In this document: positions 11,312 through 23,799 of the stretch, in pieces | Layout: every line of letters starts with the position of its first letter | Position numbering within the stretch: the stretch's first letter is position 1 | Assembly (NCBI GenBank): GCA_009103225.1 | Contig: RHPI01002823.1 | Span: 845,797 to 909,796, forward strand | DNA: 64,000 nt | Direction: 5' to 3' | Source: Chlorokybus atmophyticus | Taxonomy: Eukaryota; Plantae; Mesostigma and Chlorokybus algae | Notes under the pieces: generated by a model | The model's input: the letters and a program-made list of their open reading frames with translations, nothing else | What the model was told of the DNA's origin: nothing | Database searches by the model: none | Made by a program: the position numbers and the translations under genes

Positions 11312-14269
11312 TCACTTCAAATTTGTGCTCAACTCCATATCGATCTCTTTAGCTTGTCTGTGCGAAATACTGCCAGGAGCCAACAGAGGCGACTTTACAC
11401 TAGTGCCCATTTCAATATCGCCGTCCTTCACCGCTCTGTGCGATACGCCAGCGGGAGATATCAGCGGTGTGGACTGCTCCGCCCCGGACGCGGGGGTATT
11501 AGGATCTGAAAGGTGGGACTTGTCTCTCGCAGGTGTCGCATTCGCCAAGCTGATGCTCATGCCGCTGCTCGCCCCTTTCTTCTCCCTCTTCCTTGCAAAT
11601 GCTTTCGCATTCAACGCCACTAACACTACACCCTGCGAGTGTGAGAGCATGTTAGCACGTGCAAGGCGTGTGCTTTTGTACGTGATCCCATTGCGGGTGC
11701 ACTTGCATCAAACATGTGCATTTATACAGTCACTTACCGCACCAAGCCATTGCTGGGGAGCTAGGGGGTGGAGAAACCACACACATGACAAAACTATGCT
11801 CAAGAGCTGCAGACGCCAAGTGTGAGCATTTGCACTAACAGTGACATGCTGCTGACTTGACCACCCACAATGCACATGCAGTGAGATAACTACGAATAGC
11901 ATTCTGCAGACTAACGTACCTGTCGTGTGGTCATAATGGCGGCAAATGTGAGAGCTCCTAAAGAGCTGATCGTGTATGTGATAAAAACCTGACCTAGCGT
12001 TGCTGCCTGACAAAAACAAGCAGTTCAGACATGAAGTAAGGCAATGTAAAACTTTGCTGCTGACGTACCAGTGAGAGGGCAACAACATAATGGATAAACA
12101 TTGGATGTCGAGTGACAAACACGAACGACGGCAGCAACGTGCCAGAAAAGACAAGGCCTGGTGCAAACAGGGGCCTGAGAAGGAAGGCAAAACAAGTGGT
12201 CACAAGAGCATAACCCCACCAACAAAGCATAACCCCACCAACAAGGCTGATAGCTGAGGAGCATGCAGACGTGTACAGCACTTGGTTGAACACGTCCGTG
12301 TGATAACCCTTGAACAGGCTGTCTTGGAAAGTGCTCGTGAATCCATCACACCTTCAATACCAACCACGAAGGTGAGAACATCATCGCAAGTGACAGGTTC
12401 TGCGTGGGGACAACATCGCGAACAGCCTTGTTAGGGAAACTGATACTGCTGCTAAGATGTACAACTTGCTCACCCGAGGTAGGCGAGCATCAGGATGGCC
12501 CCGAGCAACGTGGAATCAAAACTGGAATACCCGGACAGGTACTGGACTGGTGAAGCGACATTCTGTGTGAAGTATTAATTCAGCCAAACCATCCAGCATA
12601 TCATGACACCTATATCCAAACCAATGCTGCAACGCATTGGTAGCTTGGACATGTACGTAATAATCACCTAGACGCTTACCCCTGCCAACAGGAACAGCGT
12701 ACTGCCGCCTGTCACAAAGGCTGCGATCAGGTAGTCCGTGTAGTGGTACTGTTTATGCACCATGAAGGTGCTCCATATCTGCAAGTGCAACGAAGACATT
12801 GAAGACACGAACTAACAAACACACATGTCACATCTCGCTCGCATTGTACACGCATGTCAATCATCGGGCCTCACCATGACCGGGATCATCTTTGCGCACT
12901 TCCCAATCGTTTGGACTGGAAAAGACACGTATTTCAAAGCCTGCGATGCAAACATGCCATTCCAATGCTTGCCAACCTTATGCTGCAAGTGATGACTACC
13001 CTATAACGGCTGGCTGGCACATCACTGTTCACAGTCTGTAGCACCACCACCAACAAAAACAACATTGAAATAACTGACCTCGTACTGGCAAGTGCTGGAA
13101 GCAACGTTGGAGAGGGATATGAGGGCATACTTAAAGACAGGGGCTCCCGGTGAGAGTGCATGCTGAGAACTCGTCTGCTGCAAACGACACAACTTAACGA
13201 GTCAATCGCCTTGCACTTAGCAGCTCCAGAAGCAACAATAAGAAGGCAGCACACACTCTTATATGTGTACGGTTGCTCGCACACCACCATGGTTGCTGCC
13301 TTAAGAGTAACACAGCATACAACAACAGCAGAGCTATCATGCAATCATGCTGTTACATCAACATGACGACAAAGTGGCAATGGACTAGCATGTTGCTCAT
13401 GCCTGCAGTAAGAGCAACATGCTGGTTGCATGGCACGTAAATATTCATACCCGCGGGGTGCCAAGGAGGACGATGACCGCAGTCACACAAGTGAACAACC
13501 GGTTGCACAGCACGAGGAACAGCGAGTGCTTAAAGACTTCACCCTCCGCGCCGAAAGGCTGAGTCATGATACGCTCCTGCATTCACATGCAAGGGTATTG
13601 TTGCTTTTTGCACCAAGACACCTTGGCCTTCACTCACTGTCGCACTAAAGTGCACTGGCCAAACATCCGAAAAACATGCGCACTCCAGCGCTTGGGAAGA
13701 GGACAAATACAGTTGCTACGCACTACTAAAACAACACCTTGGCCTTCACTCACTGTCGATCTAGAGTGCACTGGCCAAACATCTGAAAATCATGCGCACT
13801 CCAGCGCTTGCAGAGAGGACAAATACAGCTGCGTTGCTAGGCACTACAAAAACTCGCGTTGTAGGTATCTATGTTACACATAGACAACTGCATTGCAGTT
13901 AAGCATCGCCCCAATTTGCACGCTGCACGCAAGACAGCCATATACAACTTCCAAACATGGACCCATCAGCAGGACTCACCCAACAACCAGGTGGCCATTT
14001 AGGAAGCATCCCTTCATTGCCCAAACCAACTTACAAAGGTTCTTGTACAAAACTGGTCCGGAGAATAATATTACGTTCAATGCAACTGACTGAGCCGGGA
14101 TGGCTCACAATATCATACGACAGCAAAACACAGTGCATGCTTACACCAAACTTGTTGTGGTGTGTGCGTGCACATTGATTTTGAATTTGCTCTGACTGAC
14201 CTGCAGCAGGCCATAGACCATGAGGGAGCCCACAATGCCCACCACGCAGAGCGCCAGAGCGGGCTGCAT
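11312..14269 (-). CDS. UAA-family nucleotide-sugar/PAPS transporter (plant UTR5 / SLC35B2-like), spliced
   Basis: Minus-strand exons: MQPALALCVVGIVGSLMVYGLLQ / ERIMTQPF...FKHSLFLVLCNRL / APVFKYALISLSNVASSTCQYE / ALKYVSFPVQTIGKCAKMIPVM / IWSTFMVHKQYHYTDYL / ...LMLAYLG / DGFTSTFQDSLFKGY..FNQVLY / ATLGQVFITYTISSLGALTFAAIMTTRQ / LLSIVLSCVWFLHPL...QW. In-frame stop upstream of ATG 14269. Confidence 0.9.
13618..13853. repeat. Intronic tandem duplication, ~116-bp unit, 2 copies
   Basis: ACACCTTGGCCTTCACTCACTGTCG...GTGCACTGGCCAAACAT...CACTCCAGCGCTTG...GAGGACAAATACAG begins at 13618 and again at 13734. Confidence 0.9.
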
Positions 14270-15193
14270 GGCTGGTGCAGCTTGCCTTTGGACTCCAACA
14301 AGCCTAAGCCTTCACGTAAGCCGTCCTCCCAGCATGGAAGCAACTAGGGTTTGGGGCTGGCTAGAGGGAGCCTTGCCGCTGTCTAGCTGCGCCCTTATCC
14401 CCAGTTTACTTCTGCTGCAAGCTGGACGCAGCTGCCGGGGGGCTCTGTCATCCATATCAGCCACGACCTTGCCCTTCCCCCGCAGCCCTGGACGCAGCGT
14501 CCTCCGCAGCATGCCCCGCGGTGATGGAGGAGGCGTGACAGTATCAGCACGGAGCAGACATGCTTGTTGTCCCTATTCCAGTTGGTTAGGAGCAGTCTTA
14601 TCTCGTTGAAAGAATCACACGGCAAGCTGCATCATGCAGCGTTTATCAGCGACAAGTTTCTCAGGTGCAAGCATATGATTATGAACAGTTCAGAGAATTG
14701 GCTTGATAGGAAGCACCCCGCTTACGTCATGCAAAACGAGAGTGTGCGAGCAAAACCGAGGCTGAGAAGACACACACACACACACACGTATCCATGCTAT
14801 TATGTATACACACACATGAATTGCGGCGATTCCCTGGCGCTATGACCGCGGCTGCTGAGCACGACAGGACGGCGCTCTAATAGTTGACATCGCCTTCAAC
14901 CAAATGGCCTTCCCGCCCCATCTGACCCCCTTCTTCTTGTCATCGACGCTAGAGCACACGTGTGCCACCGCACGACTGCCTGCACACGCTGATCCTGAAT
15001 CTCTGCTTCTTTTCTTTACTGCCTTGCTATCATGTGTGTCGTTTTTTGCCTACTTAACATTCAGTGGCATTGTGTGTGGCATGGTAGGAGTGGGGGTTAA
15101 ATGGGAACAGGTACGTATAGTAGCATATTGTATGTGCCGTGCTCATATATGATGTCATGGACGAGTATATTTGCATGTATTTATGCGTGTAAA

Positions 15194-15449
<256 letters not shown>

Positions 15450-15617
15450 CNTGTGTCGTCTCGCACTTTCTGGCTTTAATATGGTTAATGCGTGCGTGCG
15501 TGCGTGCCGCGTGCGCTAGCATACGCATCGTGCATACTAGTGCAATCCACACACACACACACCATAGTATGGGACATGGTTAACTGGCATGTGGCTCCTC
15601 CTATGGCAGCAACTTTT

Positions 15618-15691
15618 GCTGCCGTAGCCTAGTGGTTAGGGCGCCGATGTTACACACACATTGTACGCAGTGAATTCCGGCAACGTTTTTT

Positions 15692-15692
<1 letters not shown>
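15618..15692 (+). pseudogene. Degenerate tRNA-like sequence (possibly Val-TAC derived) or SINE head, followed by T7 and (CA)n
   Basis: Acceptor-like stem GCTGCCG/CGGCAAC (6/7 pairs); complete D-arm and A-box TAGCCTAGTGGTTAGGGCG; TTACAC at the anticodon position; T-arm/B-box destroyed; TTTTTTT at 15686-15692. Confidence 0.45.
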
Positions 15693-15733
<41 letters not shown>

Positions 15734-18700
15734 TGTGCTAGCATATGCATCGTGCATACTGGTGCAATCTTAACTACTTTGTGTACACATACGCGTTGTG
15801 CATGACGGTGCGATTCATATGATTCTGTATACATACACATGCAAGAAGAATAGAGCCCAAGCTAGCATCTATGATATGTTCAGCGTAACCAGCAAGTGCT
15901 TTGCTTGCACATACGCGTATTGCATATAACAATGGAAATTGTAAAGAATTTTGTAATTACATTATTTGCGTAAAATTGTTTATAGCCGTAATGAGTCATT
16001 GTGATCGCATCAAACAACCCGCATTGCGTATTGTGACGATGTGTATGTTTAAGTATCAAAAACCTTTTTTACATATCGGTATATTGTGTAACGCATTTGT
16101 TTTTTGACACTATTCGGCTATATATTATAAGTGATAAATAGCGCTAACCGATGCTGGAGCACATGTCTTACATTTGTCTTCAATTATATGCATGCATTAC
16201 AAGTCTTGTTCACAAGCTAACAACTCATCATACATGCACGTAAGTAATGAAACTCACAATATGTCGCGTTTAAGCTATTATACAGATATGAGTTTGAGTT
16301 GCTATGAAGCAGCAGACGGCCACATTGCGCACTTGGTTGGCAGTGATGTTGGCATGCGAGCACATGCAGGGCAATCGATTGTGAGATGTGGAGGGGTTTT
16401 ACAGGGTTTTTATAACATTTAGCAGACGTGTTCAACAAACCTGCTGGAGAAAGTCGCTTCAGCAAGTTTAAGCCTTTGCGGCCTTGCTTGTTGCTTGTAA
16501 TGCTCGACATGCCTAGCACTGGCTGAGCATCAAGTGTCTGCATGCTTGCACAACCACGGCCTTGTTTTGTATTTTCATCCATGTTTAAGCTTCATTATTA
16601 TTTGAATCATGAGCCATCATTGATGGCACCAGTATAATAATTTGTTGTATCAGCAAAATGGATTCAAACCTTAATATCAGTCATTGCTAAATTATGGCTA
16701 GCAATTTACACAAAACTTTCCCTGCAGCATGCAATCTATCTAGGCAGCTTTAGGGGTGCAATAAGGGAAAAGGCACAAGGCTGCTAAACAAGCATGGTTG
16801 TGATATCATAAACATTTGAAATTGTGAATTGCATGTCATAATCTACGTTGTCACCTCGCTGGACGTCGAAAAAGTGAAGGTTGATCAAGCCCCGACGTTT
16901 ACTTTATGCCCCTATCCTCAACTTCCTGAATGTCACTATCTTGGCGTTTTATCTTCATGTGACAGCTGAGCGCTTCATAGATGTAACACGCTGTCATGTT
17001 ACAGCTAATAGCTGGTATGTATGTGATCGAAATGCCGTTATTGACAATATTTTTTTTTTCAATGCTCTTTAAGGGGCCCCCCTAAGCTCTCTTTTTACAT
17101 TTTTACATCTTGCGACCATCATATCTTTTTCCTGACGTGTACACTTTGCAATAAGAGACTCGTATTAATATTTCCTACTTTGTTGGTAAGATATGATATG
17201 TGCAATTTTAACATAAGCGTCTTTCTGCTGAAAAAATTTAGATATAAACATACGTTATCAGGTACATGAGCTGGGTAAAATGTACTTGTGCAGATTTTTC
17301 AAAATGCAATATGGTATTTGTTGCAATAACACTTGGACCGGTATGTATGACTCTGGCGGTCATAATCTATAAGCATACGACCAACGAGCTGACCGCCAGA
17401 TATACCGTATACCGTATGAGTTTGGTGCCGGTTGTCGGCAGGGGAGATCACTGTTGGAATCAGAGCGATTGCGATCAGCTCGTTGGTCGATTGGTTCACT
17501 GATCACGTCAGCTTGACTGTCATTACTATTATCTCCTGAGAAAGGAGTTACAGGCACGAGGCCCCCGAAATTACTTTATCATTAATATGAACCCCGGTGA
17601 AACCCTGGTGGTGGAATGTGCCCAGTACAAGGTACAAGGTAAGTGCGACGCTATAACCAGGTGCCCAACACGGCAGTAACGCTGCGTCACTAACGGACGC
17701 ATACGACCGTTAAACTGCAACCCGAACCGTTACAACCGTTACAAAAGTGGACCCAAGTTGGGCTACCGGGTAACCGTTACCCAACGTCCAGTATCCAACC
17801 GGCTACGAACCGGTTGCGCAAATGTATTGCAGCGCATTGAACCGGTACAGCCAGCCCCTGTAAATGTCAGGCCATAACACCAGTATTGGGCCTAGATCAG
17901 TTCATGCAGCAGTTCAGGTTTGCGTGATGCTGAGTGTGCATTGTTTTAACCAATTGCTGCCATGTGCTCCACCAAATGACTTGCACATACCGGGTCACCG
18001 GTCCGGTCATCGGACTCCGGGCACATGTAGCCGGTAGGGTTACGGCCTAGCAGCTGCTAGGTACCCATGACTTGTACGTTACAAGTTGTAACGGACGTTA
18101 TCCGTTGCAGACGGCAGCCAGGCAGGTACACGCCAAAAAGCAACGGTTGCACTACATGGTACCGTCAGTAAAGCTGACCGTTACAACGCGGGACTCTGCA
18201 TATTGGTTACATCACATAACTTACATGATGTGCGTAGTACAGTCTAACCTAAATGCATATCCGATAAGTGCATATCCGCGGATATTGCATTGCGGTTATT
18301 GCATCCCGGACGTCTTCAGGGGTAATACCTGTGCGTTAAAAGCATGTATGGATAAGTGCATTTCATGAGATGCCTAACCTTGGTGTGCCTATGCACTTAA
18401 GGCAAATTACGCCTAGATTACACATATATCATATGTGAAAAATACTTTGGTTACGGTGAAAGTTGTAACCACTACTTCTGGTTACGGTTGCTCAATACGT
18501 GCATACCATATGCAATTATGCCTAGCAGATGTGCATTACACACACATAAACGCGGGCGCATAAAATGTGCACTTAACGAGTGCATAAATGCAATAAGAGC
18601 ATACATACGCTTGTCGAGGTTAGACTGCAGTGCGGTACTACAGTCTGCCGCAGTAAAAGGCGTGAAAAAGAGATGACGATCTCACCGTCATGTGTGAGAC

Positions 18701-19074
18701 TCACATGATGAGAGATGAGATTGCGGCTTGCAGGTCTAGGTCGTACACTTTAGCGTCGTCCGCTGCAGGGGCTACTGCGCGCCGCTAGCCATTTATTGGC
18801 AGCATTGGCTAAATGCCAAAAATAAATAACGCTCCGCTTCACTGCACCGATGACGTACGCACGCCGGCAAACGGTACCAACACCAGTCCGGGCGCACTGC
18901 CCTACCCCATGATGCCCCCAATAGATATCGCCCGAGGATACAGGGATCTGGAGGAAATGGATAGGGGTATCTGCATTACACCCGAGCCTTGGTGTCGACA
19001 TCAGCTAATCTGGTACCACAGTTGTTGCGGGCGGGCATCGCGCGTGTCGGGCCGAATTGCGGCGGTAGGGCGGC

Positions 19075-19312
19075 TTTCCCGCGCTTTTCTGTGGCTCGAC
19101 CAAGGGCTGGCGCCAAAACCCTAGCGTGTGCACCAGCTACCGGCGCTTGTGGGCGCGCGGAGCACCGCGAGGGACGAAGGCGCGGGCGGGCATCGCTTGC
19201 CGGTGGAGAGCTTTAAAGCGCGGGAAAGTGAGCGTGAGGGAGGAAGCGTGACGCACACTAAGGCTGACGGCAGGGAGCACGCCCGGGCATCTCGGGGCTT
19301 TTTCGCGGGAAA
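19075..19312 (+). promoter_or_regulatory. Cluster of four E2F consensus sites plus a telo-box upstream of RBR
   Basis: TTTCCCGC 19075-19082; GCGCCAAA 19110-19117; GCGGGAAA 19220-19227; TTTCGCGGGAAA 19301-19312; AAACCCTA 19116-19123. Confidence 0.75.
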
Positions 19313-19398
19313 CAGCCATCTCAGCCTAAGCTTTCTGTACTCTGCGTGAAGGTTGTTGCCGACGTCGCCGCCGGGGCTGAGGAGCGGGGTGAGGGGCT

Positions 19399-22300
19399 AT
19401 GGGGGAGGAGGAGGGCATGGAGGACGGCGGGGGCGTGCGGGGATTGGAAGCTGGAGGAGGGGAGAGTTTTGCCGCCGCTGCCGCAACGGTGCTGGGCATG
19501 GAGCGTGGGGCGTTCAGGGAGCTCTGCTGCGGGCAGCTGAAGCTGGGGGCTGCGGCGGAATCGCTGGCGTGGCGCCTGGCGGTGGCGGTGGAGTCGCTGC
19601 TGCCCAAAGATGCGCCGCCCGGGTTGTCGTGGCCCTACCTTCTGTCGCTGTGGCGTGCCTGCTGCGTGTTCACCGCCAAGGGGGCGTTGTCGCCGGCCGG
19701 CGGGGGCAATGGAGGGGTGCCCCTAGCCGACCTCCTCCGTGCATACCAGGTGACTGTGGTGGACTTTCTTAGGGAGCTCAGGTCGTTCCTGCTGCGTGCC
19801 GAACCCGCCCTGAACGCCACCCTTGGCGACTCCCCGCCGCTTGACCAACGCCTGCAGGTGACGTGACGTTTCGCCCATACACAACATCACAGCATGTGGT
19901 CGTGCAAGCAAACTGAGCTATATGCCACAACGCAGTACGTTGGCTCCTCTCTTTTTTTTAATATATAGCTGTCGTGTGGATGGCTGCATGCTTCAGCTCC
20001 ATCTCGTAGGAAGCAAAACAGCACAGCCTTGGGCTGTGCAGGGCTGACTGGGCTGTAACTACATGGTGCAGGTCACGGAGCTGCAGACTACTTTCATGTT
20101 GGAAGCTCTGCTGGCAAAGTAAGTTAACACCTCAGCTCGTATCTCAATGTGCAAGTGTATGTGTGCACTGCTTGGTATTGAATTTGGTAACATGCCAACA
20201 CGGGCGGGTCTTGCAGCAAGTACACAAAGTGGTACAACTCCATGTTTGAAGCTACTGGAGGAGCCAATGCCACAACGTCAGCCAATGCCACACGGTCAGC
20301 ATGCGTGCGCTTTGGCTGGCATCTGTTTGCGCTTGCCAAAGCTCGCCTCCTGCCACCCCATCCCGACCTGGCGCAAAGCTTCTTTCTCCTTCTTGCAGTC
20401 ATGGTATAGCTTGACGCATACTACTTGTGTGCACACCGCTTGCCCGCATAATTGTAACCACGTGTGCGTAAGTTGTCAGTAAATCACCAGCATGTTGCGT
20501 ACGGCAGGACGTTGTGCTGCTGCACGTGCCAGCGCAGTTTCGCAAGTTCAACACCTTCTGCGATGCAACCGTTTTTGCTGGTGTGGCAGTCAATGGTAAG
20601 CAACCTGGCGCGTCCGAGCGGCTTGACACACTCACCTGGTTGACGTCCAAGTTTCACGCGTCACATGGCCAAGTGCAAGTATTATCCACGCAGCTTCAGG
20701 TGGGTCCTGGTTGGTGGTTGTGTGTCTACAACAGCAGTTGTCATTGATGCTAACCTTGCATTGCAGGGACTTATTGAGAGCGTGCTTATTGGCGTGAAGC
20801 GGTGTATTCCCGGGGAGGCGGCGCAGTTGAAAGAGCAGGTTGTGTGCTGGGCAAGCTTGATGGAGCCGCCTATGCTGTTTGCCAACTTAGCAGCTATTGA
20901 TCGCGAGTGCGATCGTGTGCTTCACGAAGGTGGCGGCGAGCTTGATGCGCGCGCGTTTGTTGCCGAGGACAGTGCAGCATCTGTAGGCAACACTGCCATG
21001 CTCACCCCGGTGCGTCCCGGGCATGTCACCAACCGCAGGCTCAGCACAAGCAATGGTTGTTGGCCTGGAGCTTCACCGCCAAGGTTTGTTGGGGGCTTTT
21101 GGTGTTGAACACACACACCAAGTAAAGTATGCAAGACAATAAGTACATTTGTGCCTCTGGTTCGTGAGAGATTAAGTGTATAGTGCATTGCAGGACACCT
21201 CCACCGTCAATGGGTGGGTTGCCTGGGACCATGTCAGCTGTAATGCGTACACCATTGTCACAAGTGTTGGCTTCGACGCTGTGGATGCGAACAACTGTGG
21301 CGCAGCTACCCGACTCACCAAACGGTATGCTTGGGAATGTTTTGCATGTGGCCAGCGACAAGGTGAACTAATCACATGTGTCCGCAGAGGTGCTCCTAAG
21401 CTTCTTCAACAAATGTAATGGCAAGAGTGTGGCTGACTCCATTGCCAACCGCGTTCGCAAGCTGGCTGCTGCTGTTTTCCCCACAGAGAGCGCACTGAGG
21501 CATCGTTTGGAGGCTATTTGCCTCTACTATCATGTTTTGGAGGGTGTCTTGAAAGCCGAGCAGGAGAGGCTGGGGCCAGCAGGAGACTTAACACCGCTGT
21601 TGACCAAAGACGCATTCCATGCAGCCCTGCTCGCGTGTGCAAGTGAAGTCGTTGCTGCTGCATACCAGATGGCGTCACCGCAATTTCCCATCACATGCGA
21701 CAGGGCTGGCATCAAGCCCTTCGACATGTGCAAAGTCATCCAGGACTTTGTCCGGCACGCTGACTCGATGCCGCGTGATATCAAGAAGCACTTGAACGCT
21801 GTAGAGGAGCGTGTGTTGGAGTCAGCAGGCTGGGAAAGGGGTTCCCCGCTCTACGACGCTCTTGCTCGTATTGCAAGCACCGCAACCGCGACAACAACAT
21901 CAACAGGCGCTCTCTCAATAATTATCAGTGATGATGTCACATTTGGACAGGATTCTCCCACTTCGCCTGTGGCGCAACAGCGCCAATCTGCATTCCAGCT
22001 GTTCACATCCCCAATACGCACGACAAACTCCACACCAATAAGACCACCGCCCCGCGCGCTTCCCCCTCTTCCTCTGGCGTTTGCAGGCAATCCTGACGTG
22101 CTCGACACTTCCAAAGAAACACCTTCCGAGCGTGTTGTACGCACGTTTTTCAGGAAAGTGCTGAAACTGGCAGCAATGAGAATATCAGATTTGTGCGAGA
22201 GGCTGCGGTTGGACTCAAGAGTTCGACAGCAGGTTTACGACTCCATAAGGCATGCGTTGTGGAAGAAGACCAGTTTGTTCTACAACCGTCATCTTGACCA

Positions 22301-23287
22301 ACTGGTAGTATCTGCAATATATGGCGTTTGCAAGGTCAACCAGCTGCCCATAAAGTTCCATCAGATTGTTGCGCATTACCGCCGCCAGCCGCAATGCAAG
22401 CAGGAGGTGATACGCAGCGTTGTACTAGAACAGTCACTGCCGGAGTTGGTTGTCGCGAAGCGTGGCGACATTATCGAGTACTACAATAAGGTTTTTGTTC
22501 CAGAGATGAAACCCTTTCTGCAAACGCTGACCCCCGTAATCCCCGTCCAACAGGTGGAGTCTCTCTCTTGTGCACGTGTGCTGTTCTTGCAGTTTTATGT
22601 CACGTGTGCATGCATTGCTGCACCATTGCTGGTGAGCGCGTTTGCTGAACGGCTCACCTTCTGTGATGTTGCAGGGTCTTGAGAACGAGCCCATATCACC
22701 TGTACGTCAGTGCCCAAGCGAAAGTATTGCAGCATCGTACTCTCCTTTCCCCGCGGATGTTCGGTCACCCAAGAAGGTCCCCCACCATAATGTGTACATT
22801 TCTCCTCTTCGCGCCCCAAGAGTGAGCTGCCTTTCATACTCATCTGCACTGCCAAAGAAGTGCGCCTCTTTATCACTGCTAACTGTATCCTGCACCAGGC
22901 TGATACTCCCCAGGAGTCACCTGCACGCAAGCTGAGAGCCATGTTAGGGCAAAGTATAAACGCCTACCACTCTCCAAGTGAAGACTTGCAGGTAAGCTGT
23001 GTTGTGACTTGTGGAGTGCATGAGCTGTGGTACCTGCACAATGCTTTATTTCGCATTTAACAAACAGCCTGTTCTGTTTTCTGCAGGCAATCAATGGGTT
23101 GATAAACAGGGTGCGTTCAACACGACAACTGGATTTCAGCTCTGTCCCATCTATGCCGCCGCCGCCTTCAATACAGCCTCAGTCTTCTGTTCCCGCAGTG
23201 CCCGTGCATGCCGCCAGCAATGGTCGCTCCTCCACATCCCCATTGCACAAGCGCATTCGCACAGAAAGCAACGCCATCAGCAGATAG
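19399..23287 (+). CDS. RBR1: Retinoblastoma-related protein, spliced
   Basis: N-domain RFGWHLFALAK; RTPLSQVLASTLWMRT; pocket A LYYHVLEGVLKAEQERL..LLTKDAFHAALLACASEVV, FDMCKVIQDFVRH..MPRDIKKHLNAVEERVLES; pocket B FFRKVLKLAAMRISDLC, LFYNRHLDQLVVSAIYGVCKV, DIIEYYNKVFVP; plant-type tail SPKKV..HNVYISPLR and AYHSPSEDLQAIN. Splice phases are consistent. Confidence 0.97.
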
Positions 23288-23799
23288 CACCGGCTTCTGC
23301 TGTAGTTATATGGTTAGCATACATGTAGTGTCGCACACGTGTACATGTGAGTTGCATCCGGGGAGAGAAGGGGGTGTACATTGATTGTTGTGTAGGCTGC
23401 TGTTAGGGGAGCACCGGACGTGTGATTCCAGTTTGTTGCCCGGAGCGCACTGGACACATGCACCACTAAGTGCGCGACACAGTGCCTCCCGAGGCGGTGG
23501 GAGGGGAACTTTTGGTAGTTTGCATTGTCTGTCTGCTTTAGACGCATAGTAATGGCAGGATAGTGCCAGCAGAATACTCGCAGCTGGTTGGCAGCTGTCT
23601 GCACGCAGGAAGCACCATACTGCCCAGCGATTGCGCATTGTACATTGTACATTGTGGTAGTGGTAATAATAAGTAGGTTTATGGTCAGATGTCTTGCAGT
23701 TGCAGTCTAATGAGCAGCGCCCTGGTTAATACGCACTGTGTCCATTCTTCTGAGTTTGAATCCCACTGGTGCTGCTCAGTCAACTGACTTAACGAATTG

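Noticed and set aside
14904-15152. Hydrophobic 82-aa ORF divergent from the transporter, with a possible donor at ~15084
   Set aside because: No recognisable domain and no convincing downstream exons; cannot be supported without RNA data.
17070-17085. TAA-GGGGCCCCCC-TAA as a collapsed Tourist/PIF footprint
   Set aside because: Too short to distinguish from chance.
19399-23287. RBR as a marker of a mating-type locus (MAT3 linkage in volvocine algae)
   Set aside because: No MID or other mating-type genes in the window, and the organism does not look volvocine.
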